DNA of 20,864 nt from Catajapyx aquilonaris (Eukaryota), in NCBI GenBank assembly GCA_000934665.2, contig JYFJ02001333.1, positions 62,001-82,864 of the forward strand, read 5' to 3'. This document shows positions 1-11,083 of the stretch, piece by piece. Made by a program: the position numbers and the translations under genes. The notes under the pieces were generated by a model. The model saw only the letters and a program-made list of their open reading frames with translations. It did no database searches and was not told the origin of the DNA. Position 1 is the first letter of the stretch. Each line of letters starts with the position of its first letter.

Positions 1-2279
<2,279 letters not shown>

Positions 2280-2823
2280 CTTTGTCTCCCGATCGCAAAC
2301 AAGGGAAGCCTGGACTTCTCCAGAAATGATGGCCGCCCACACAAGTTCTTTTCCCGCCCGCAGCATGCACAACACCAATCTCCTCTAATAAAGGTTGGTT
2401 TATTCCAGGTTTATTCTTAAGCAACCGATTTTACTGGCGTTCTTAATTAGTGCACGGTTTAATTAGGAGATAACAATTATTATTGTCGTGGCCGTTTCTT
2501 AGGCAGATGTCGCTAGTGTAGCCAGTGTTGGCACCCCTGCTCCGAGAGCTTACGGTGCTGCAGCACTCCCTGTACGCACCAGCCGCAGCACCGTGAATCA
2601 CCAGTGCATCACCCGTCACTTGTGATGGTCATAAGAGACACTAGTTAGAGCAACGCCTATTTGCCCAAGATAGAAGGAGAGGGGGCCGAGTGTGTAAATA
2701 GATGGACACAAGTGCCAGTGGCGTCTGCTGTGACATGACTTGGGGGCAAGTAGTGGCCTTTCTCTCCTCCAACGTGTGAAGCAAGCTGAACATGCTGAGG
2801 TGATCCGACCCAAGAGCATTGAG
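2280..2823. promoter_or_regulatory. Putative bidirectional promoter and 5' UTRs of BLM (minus) and TMEM115 (plus)
   Basis: Divergent start codons only ~545 bp apart; CpG-rich relative to the flanking gene bodies; contains AGATGTCGCTA (2505-2515) and CAGTGTTGGCA (2523-2533). Confidence 0.7.
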
Positions 2824-5800
2824 ATGGCGAGCATGTCTTCGGTGCGTAAGAACATGTCGTACATCCGCAGTCAGATGGGGGCGCTGTTGGGGAACACCAG
2901 CGTGTGGGTGAAGGTCCTCTGCCTCATAGTGTGCTGCGGGTACCTGCTCAGCTACTCGGAGGATGCCCTCAGGCTCTTGTGTGTCTCCCCGGGACATCTC
3001 TTGCCACCTTCCTTCCAGCTGTGGACTGCCTTCACGCACTGCTTCCTCGAATTGCACTTCTGGGAGGTGTGCGTGGACCTGGTCACCCTCGGACTATGCG
3101 GGAAGCTCATGGAGCCGCTTTGGGGATGGGTGGAGATGCTGGTCTTCTTCGCGGTCGTCAATGTCGGGGTGGCTGTCATATCCACTGCTTTCTACCTCGC
3201 TCTGTATGTGTGCACACACGATACCGACCTGCTGTTCCGGGTGCATGTGCATGGACTGGCTGGATATGTCGCAGCTGTATCGGTAAGTGCCTGGGGGTAA
3301 GATTAACTACACTGTAAACCGCAAAACATCAAAAAAGCATCGCAGCAATACTCTTGTGGTGCATATTTGTTACTTAAAAAGCATCACAAGAAGATTATAA
3401 GAGCATTAAAAATTGATGCTCCATGTGAGACTCACCAGTGATGCTCTTTTAATGTTGTGCGGTTTACAGTGCAGCTGGAAGGGAAGACTACAGGGTTCAA
3501 AAGGTTCGGATGCAAAGGTGCAATTTGCATTCCAACATTGGTATCCACGCTCCAAACTGAGCCTTGGAGTGCAAAGTTTGCACATCAGTTGGACCTGCTT
3601 TTGAATATGGCGATACCCAGTAGTTAAAAATTACACACTCCAAGTAAGTAATTTGCACTGCAAATGAAAGTCTGGAATGCAAACTTCGCACCTGGACAAA
3701 AAGAAATCAGATTCGATCCCTAAGACCCTTTCTATCTCAAATATTGTCACTTTCCCCAGCAGCATATGATCAGTGATTGGCCATCGTCATTTTTGTACAT
3801 TGCTATTGTGCCTTAATGTTCATGTGGGCATACAAATACTTGGGTAGTGAATTTATAATGAGAGTCCATTATTGATTACCATTTACTTGAAATGTAACTT
3901 GTTACATTGAGTAACATGAGAGCAACCAAAAATCGAATGTGCAATGCGGAACATTTCGTGATGATTTACTGACGATTCGTATTGAATATTGGATATCTAG
4001 GACATTGTGCAGGACATTACTGAACTGAAAGGAGGGAAGGAGAGAGTGGGTCGAGTTGTCCGCAAATGGGAGGTGTTGGCAGTGGCAGTAGTTGGCATGA
4101 TGTGGCAATGATGCGACATTTGGTTTCCATCCACACATGCACTTCCGACTAGACAACCAGTCAGAAGTCTTGGTTAATGAGTATGTAGTCTCAACTGATA
4201 GGAACATTCCAAATACAATATGGAAGAACTGTGGAACTGTGTATCATATTCTATAATGAAACAGTTTGATTTGCATCATGACAAATCTATTTTTTTAAAC
4301 TCCAAGCAGCAGAAACACTATATTGGGGGATGAAATAAAACCATACTTGATGACAAGAAGACCTATTGTATAGTGATAACTTTTACTGAGTTGGACTGTA
4401 CTACGTGTAGTTAAATTCCTGTGTATACTACTTATTTCTCTTTTTAAAAAATTACAAAAGGCACAACTGTAGACTCGGGTATATAGGGAAAGATGTTGAG
4501 GATGATGAATATATTAATAATAAATTAAATGGGTAACAATAATGTTACACACTTTCAACTATTCAGTTGAACTACAAATACTAGTAGGGCCACCAGTACT
4601 CGTACTGGCAATGCGTTTGTGGTTACAACATAACAGGTGGGGATGCCAGTTACCATAAAGGCATACGTACAGTATGGGTGTGTCTGGCCTGTCAGGGCCA
4701 AAGCTATTATTTTATGTTGTCACAATGAAGCAGGGATGAACGACTATTACAAGTCTTGCCAAATGTGTTTTTATGCACTTTATAGGTTTAAAAAATAATA
4801 GCACTCGCTGCCTTCATGCTACTGCTAGTGGGAATATATTAATTCAAATCATCTGCGTTACTGTGATGATGTTACGTAAGATTTACCTTGCCTTTTGGTG
4901 ATTGCTGTAATTATCACACCACAGTGGCAGTAATCTCATTCTCTACATTTGGGTACTGATGTAACAGTGGCAACACCCTATGAATTTAAAGAATATGCCT
5001 AACAATTGAAGGCTAATTATATTCAGTTTCCAACAAAGATTACTATTGCAATAATAGCATATTGTGTAAGGGCAGGGAGCACTGACCTTGGTGAATCAGC
5101 AGCATTGTACTTGTGTTTCTGTTTTTGTCAACAATTTATGACAAGTGCAATCCAGCTTGATTGATTCATTGAGTTTGGTGCACTCCTAAAATTGTAATTT
5201 AAAAAGCTTTTAAGTCACATTTGCAATTATTTTGCAGATGATGAGGTGATCAAATAGCCGGCACAATGAGACAGACCTTCTAGCATGTCTTTTACTATTT
5301 TCACCAGTGTTTTATCCAGCAGGCCTGTTTGAACATTTCAGACCAACAGTTTAGCTTAGGCTGCTATCAGGTGAATGTTGGTGATTCAGCACATGCACAG
5401 TAAACATCGATAGTTCAAGTGATTAGTGGAAGTGCTCACCTCACACATATTACTGTAGGTACAAGTAGCTGCCCTTTGACGACAATCTATTTTATGATGC
5501 TTCACTTTAATGACCTAAGTTTCGAGATTACTGTAAAGAATTGGAAAATTTGCTAAAAATGTGAAAATTGCCAATTTAAAAAATCGAAACTTGATGTTTA
5601 AAAAAAGGGTTTTCCTGATTGTGTATTGTAATTTGGTCTCCTTTTATGACTTTTCATTTTCTGACCCTTTTTTTTTTTGCTGGAGCCCAATGCCATTGTG
5701 AATCAGGGACTACCTGCATAGCACTGCCAATATTCTTCACAGCCGTTTGATTCAATGCCTTTGGTTATGATGGCCTTGTTGCAACTGTCACGGCCTGCTT

Positions 5801-6083
5801 ATTCTGTTGTCATGGTGCTGAAAAATGTGTTGGCTGCTGTAGAGATGAAAGCACAGAATCACACATTATCTTCCTAAGCATAATGAACTTATGATTATAA
5901 TGTTGACTTTTTAACTAATAATAATACAGTTGAATTTGGCTATAACAGACTCGAAAGTCCAGTCCCATCACACTTCCACATATGGCTTGTGTATTCGGCT
6001 ATAACCGTCCTTGGTTATAACAGACTGATTTCCATGGTCCCTTGAAGCCTGTTATATCCGAATTCAACTGTATAAATAATAAC

Positions 6084-6146
<63 letters not shown>

Positions 6147-7212
6147 TGCTGATGCATGTCTGAACCATTGTGCAGTATGGATAACATTGGATGGTTTCAA
6201 TCTCTGCCCCCATCTGGCCACACCCTAGTAACAGGAAACCTGCTTCGTATAATATTTGCATATGCAGTTGATATTGACGCTGCTCTCTGCCTTTTCTTGA
6301 CAGGTGTCAGTGCGACAGATAATGCCAGAGCATGTGCTGATACGCACCCCTATGGGCAAGATGCGCAACCGCAATGTACCCCTGGGGGTACTCTTGCTGT
6401 CAGTTATCTTGTGGCTCCTGGGTCAGCTGGATGGCACTCATCCTGTCATGTTTGGAAGTGGCATCCTTGTCTCCTGGACCTACCTCCGCTTTTACCAGCG
6501 ACACAGCAATGGCACCAGAGGGGATCCTGCCGAGACCTTTGCCTTTGCTGGGTTCTTCCCCACGGTATTGCAGCCCCCGGTGGCACTAGTCTGCCGCGCC
6601 ATCCATGGGTTGCTTGTCAGGCTTAGAATTTGCCCTAGGAGGCCACCCCCACGCAAATATGATGTGGGGGCACCCTCTGCCATCACCATTAGTCTACCAG
6701 GAACTGATCCACATGATGCAGAAAGGAGAAGGTATGCCATTACTTGCAAGGATGGATTCTTTGGGTGCTCCAACCCGATATCATCTCTCATGTAGACTTG
6801 AGCTGATTAGTAGTATTTCGTGGAACACACAGTGAGAAAACCATATTGAATTACTTTTTTCACAAGTTTGCTCCATTTAATCATTCACTTCGTGTTTCGG
6901 AGAGCTTCTGATTAATTACATTTTAAAATTTACAGACAGATAGCCCTGAAGGCCCTGAGTGAGCGACTAAACAAGTTAGATCACCAAGCAACATGGCCAC
7001 TGATGGAGGATTCCAGACCGCCCCCATCTCCGTCACTCTCTCCATCCCCCACCCCGCCATCACCACTCTCCCCACCCCCACCTCCACTCCCACCACCTTC
7101 CAAGCTGCACGCAGAGTCAGGTCCAAAGGCATCGAAGACTGTCACCATAGTGGTTCCCGGGGACAAGGCTTATGACAAGCCTCAGGATGTGCACCATCCG
7201 TCCAAAACCTGA
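2824..7212 (+). CDS. TMEM115: Transmembrane protein 115 (Golgi rhomboid-like membrane protein), ~387 aa. Predicted exons 2824-3282, 6304-6731, 6936-7212
   Basis: Characteristic segments LWTAFTHCFLELHFWEVCVD, GKLMEPLWGWVEMLVFF, SWTYLRFYQRHSNGTRGD...FAFAGFFP and ITISLPGTDPHDAERR|RQIALKALSERL. Donors TCG|gtaagt and AG|gtatgc; acceptors gacag| and tacag|; phases 0 and 2 are consistent; total 1164 nt ending in TGA. Confidence 0.93.
3310..3471. mobile_element. 162-bp MITE-like element with ~32-bp terminal inverted repeats starting CACTG, in TMEM115 intron 1
   Basis: Left end CACTGTAAACCGCAAAACATCAAAAAAGCATC versus reverse complement of right end CACTGTAAACCGCACAACATTAAAAGAGCATC (29/32 identical). 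Flanks are TA and CA, so the target-site duplication is imperfect. No ORF. Confidence 0.8.
5927..6070. mobile_element. 144-bp Tc1/mariner-superfamily (pogo/Tigger-like) MITE with TA target-site duplication, in TMEM115 intron 1
   Basis: TA|CAGTTGAATTTGGCTATAACAGACT ... AGCCTGTTATATCCGAATTCAACTG|TA: ~25-bp TIR with 3 mismatches, TA on both sides, internal GG(C/T)TATAAC subrepeats. Confidence 0.88.
6084..6146. repeat. (ATA)21 microsatellite
   Basis: Perfect trinucleotide run just downstream of the MITE; it produces the spurious poly-I, poly-Y and poly-L ORFs in the track. Confidence 0.97.
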
Positions 7213-7486
7213 ACTCAAGACGTTGTTGTTCTTTGTGGGACTCTCTTTGTCGCAAGGGATATATCCACAGCTGCTATTCCGGTATTCCCCCTGCTCCTGA
7301 TCTTTATTTGCTTCTTCCAAATGGACGTGTTTTTTTTTGGTGTGAGACTGCTGTATTGCAGTCTATCACAACTTATGTACACTTGTACATATGTGACGAC
7401 AGGTGATGCAGTACTACCAAGCAATGGTGTCTCAGTGTTGGCTCGATTGTGATCCTCTCTCAATGCACTACGCAAAAGGGGAAATC

Positions 7487-7492
7487 AATAAA
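7487..7492 (+). other. Candidate polyadenylation signal for TMEM115
   Basis: AATAAA about 275 nt downstream of the TMEM115 stop codon. Confidence 0.45.
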
Positions 7493-8021
7493 AATGGACC
7501 ACTAACATTTGAAGACCACGGACTACTCTTCTTAACACCCATTCCAGTCCTGGAATTTAAAAGTACTCATCCAGGAACTTTTTTTTCTCCTTCTCCATGT
7601 ACTTGCTGGTGACAAGTTGGCACCATTTGAAGATCAATGTATGCTTTTTTCCCTCCATTTAATGTAATCGTGTTTTCACTTAATGGACCGTTTTGCACAA
7701 TGGAGAATTAATGGCCTTTCAGATGGTCAGCACAATTTTCACACCTGTAAGTTCATTTCCCTATAGTAGCATATCCAAATGGTTCACAGGCCGTGCCAAA
7801 AGGCAGCTTCACTCTCCACCACGGTGGCCCACCGCCTACTCCGTAGCATTTATTATGAAGCATGACCCAGGTGCTGATTGCCTGAAGGTGTCATGCATGT
7901 GGGTCAGAGCCCAGTTATGTTACACCCAAATAGCCCATTCTTTAGGACGGAAAATTGTGATCAAATAATATTCCTGTTTATTATTAATTGCATAAAAGTA
8001 CATATCAGAGGCATCAAATCC

Positions 8022-9813
8022 TCATCGATAGTAAGAGGGATGGGGAGGGTGGGTGTGCACATGTGGGTGATGAGATGGTGGTGGCCACTGTCCTCCAACA
8101 GGTGGCGGGTACGGAGGGTGACCTGGTGGAGGCTGAGACTGCGGAGGTGTCGATGCAGAGTTTGTATTGCTACCACCTCCACGGTAAGGGTAATACTGGG
8201 GAGCTGAATAGTTCGGGGGAGGCTGGGATGGGGAGTAGTATGGTGGAGGATGTGGTGGAGGCGCATGGGGATGGGGCGGTGGCGGTGAAGGGTAGTACCC
8301 CACAGCTGTGGTCGTGGAGGAGGAAGAGGAGGTGGATGATGAAGCAGACGAAGCCGAATCATGTATCGGAACAGTGATCAGGTTGGTGCGGGAAGTCATC
8401 ACTGGTATGGGCGCTGCATTCTGGTAGGTGGTAGGGGACGGTGCAGGGGGGATGGGGCCTGAGGAACGTCTGGAGTATGACGGATGCGGGGGAGGAGGGT
8501 GAGAGTGCGGATGAGGGGGTGGGTGAGAATGAGGATGGGGTTGGATGCCACCCGTGCGGGGATCAGCAGCATGAGGAGGTAACGAGGCTGTTGGAGAGGG
8601 CCTATCTTTGTCCAAGTCCAAGAGAGGAGGCTTGTGGCTCAGGTTGGGCGGAAAGTGGGAGTCCGAGGAGGGAGTGGACGCTGGGGGAAGTTGCTGAGGA
8701 GGAAGTCCACGAAGATGACGGTGGTTGATGTGAGCCTGAAAGATTATAATATTATCAATTAGGGGCATATCACACCTTGCATATAATCTTGTTTCAATGA
8801 TGCCTCTCATCAATTTAGGATGCACATGATCAACATAATTCCGAACCTGCAAGTCTCTCTGGGAAAGGTATGTTCTCCTGCAACCAGTATTCCCGTATCG
8901 GGTACCTCCATGGGTACACATGAACACGGTGCCCAAACCCGTCTGCTCCACACGGGTAACCTTCTCACCGCACCTGGGACACACCTTATCTTCCTTCTTG
9001 GCACATGCCAAGCAGAACACATGCTTGCAGGGAATCTGGAATGTTAAACACAGCATGACACTTCGTACACTATAATGGCTGGTAAATCAAGAATGAGGTG
9101 TTGTTCTGTCTGATTCACTTACGACTAATCACTACTTTGCTATTGATCATGTAACCAGGCTGAAGTCAAGTTAATGGCTTACCATTCGTCCATAAATGAG
9201 GATGGGCTTGAGGCATTTGTCACAACAGTGAATCATCGGGTTCAACACTTTCTCTCCAATCAGGTTCACCCGGTGATCCCAGTGCAGCCTCAGCATGGGC
9301 TCAGGAGGGCCACGATCAATAGTGCTAAATGTTGGTGCCTCTAGCTGCGAAATGTCCGCTTCCAAGTCAACTGAAAAAAGGGGTCAGTTAGCATTAGAAC
9401 TTGTAGGTTTCAGCAGTCATTAATCTAATAACGAGCCTTACTCTGAGGCGGAGGCTGATTCTCATCCTGTGTGTCCATGGACTCCTCTGGTGGGTCCACT
9501 GCCACACCATCAGCAGCCGCCGCCAGTCCTTCTTCCTCATCATCATCACTCTGTAGAGCCTGCTCGGGACAGATATTGATGCAATTCATATGTTGGCCCT
9601 TTTTCCATTATTGCATAATTTTAGTTTTGTAATTTGATGTTCGAACATTACCTGCGGCGGTGCAGCGTTCTTTTTTCCTCTCCCTCCTCCCCTGGCTCCA
9701 ACCCTCCCTCCTCCCCTGCCCCTTGCCCTGCCCCTGGCTCCCCCTCTCCCGCCCCGGCCTCCTCCGCCCCGGGGCCTCTTCGCCACACTCGCCCCTTCGG
9801 ACTCCACTTCCAT
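8022..9813 (-). CDS. Hakai: E3 ubiquitin-protein ligase Hakai (CBLL1; RING plus HYB zinc finger; m6A writer-associated), ~456 aa. Predicted exons 9813-9652, 9559-9442, 9370-9183, 9035-8847, 8735-8022
   Basis: RG-rich N-terminus; [63 protein letters not shown] (RING); [31 protein letters not shown] (C2H2/HYB); [11 protein letters not shown]; Pro/His-rich tail. Splice phases 0, 1, 0, 0 are consistent; 1371 nt total. The exon-2 acceptor could alternatively be 9 nt further in (9550). Confidence 0.95.
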
Positions 9814-9899
9814 CGGAGCAAATAGAGACACTTTTTTCTCTGCCGGTCTCTCTCTACAACTTCCTACCAGAAGCCATCAAGGCGTCTCTTAGCCAAATC

Positions 9900-10060
9900 A
9901 GGATGCCAATGCCAACAATGCTGCCAACAGACATTGGCAGTAATAGACTAGTGGCATAACTCAACCATTTAATTAAATTCCACAGCAGGAATTACTTTGG
10001 AAATAAAGTGTTAAACTATTTAAAACTATCAGTATAGCGTCATCTAGCGACAGGAGATGA
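9900..10060 (-). promoter_or_regulatory. Putative Hakai promoter region
   Basis: Upstream of ATG 9813. The minus strand reads GTCGCTAGATGACGCTA (AGATGACGCTA core at 10045-10035) and then TGTTGGCA motifs (9930-9910), echoing the TMEM115 promoter. Confidence 0.5.
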
Positions 10061-11083
10061 AATGTTTATGACGTCACTGGCATGGCGCCCCTTTCAAGTA
10101 CAATACCTGCTGAGGTTGAGCCTAAACTCTCCCTGTAGATTGTTTTGGTGTAACATTTTGATGTGATATCATGCACATTGCCCACAATAGAATAATAGAG
10201 CTTCCGTTTATATTTATTTTGACTTACTTTTTTGAGGTTTTGATCTGTCTCAGAATGCAAGCAATTCGGGCCTTCCATATGCAGTGTGTTCCTGGAGGGT
10301 GAAAATAATTATGGTGGCAAAGACTATCTTTAAAACCAGGGAATCTGTTAAATAAAATATTTCAAGGTAAACAACAGATTTGAATCAAGACAGACTGAAA
10401 ACTCATATTTGGATTAATGCTTTATTAGGTGGCAGTTCTTTGACTGTAATAAAAACAGAGGACATTACCTATACCTTTTCTTTTCCTTTACATTTTGGAC
10501 TATACATAACACCAGAAGTACATAAAAAGTTTGTTTTGGTCACGGTTGTCTTTTGAAAGACTGAAGTCACTCCAGATTAGTATAGCAATAAATTATTGCT
10601 GAGTTACCCTTTTCTGCTAGGTATAATAAGAATGCGTGCGTGCGATGGCATATACTGCAACGAGTCCATAATATTGCAGGTTATGGAATAATTTTTAGAA
10701 GCACATGTTTTCATTATAACGTTAATTATTTAAATATGTTTTCCATATGGGGACTTTTCATTGTGTTTATGCTAAAACTGGCAGTGGCTTTTTTGCAGTG
10801 CCGGTTAAAATATTGGCAACTGAAGTGGATTGTGAATTTGGATTAAGATTGTATGCGTTACATTCACGACACCGCTTTCCCCCATAAGCACTGTCTAGCT
10901 CAACTTGAATTACGGATGCCTAAATTCATAAAAACTCTAAAATGGCCTAATTAGACCGCGGTTAAACATTTATCAAGTGGTGCTGCAAAGCTATGTTAAC
11001 TCTAATAAGCTTACCTACCAACTGGTATACTTGAAAAACTCATTAGGGAACCTTGTGTGACATGTGTAAGTCATAAACACCTA

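Noticed and set aside
3705..3725. GATTCGATCCC resembling a tRNA T-loop or B-box
   Set aside because: No A-box, cloverleaf or acceptor stem around it.
3958..4200. Other TGATG...CTGA pairs suggesting more C/D snoRNAs
   Set aside because: Imperfect C boxes or no terminal stem, and no recognisable guide.
5999..6261. Poly-I, poly-Y and poly-L ORFs
   Set aside because: Translations of the (ATA)21 microsatellite inside an intron.
7878..8728. Alternative-frame and antisense ORFs over Hakai's last exon
   Set aside because: By-products of Pro/His/Ser-rich, stop-poor sequence.
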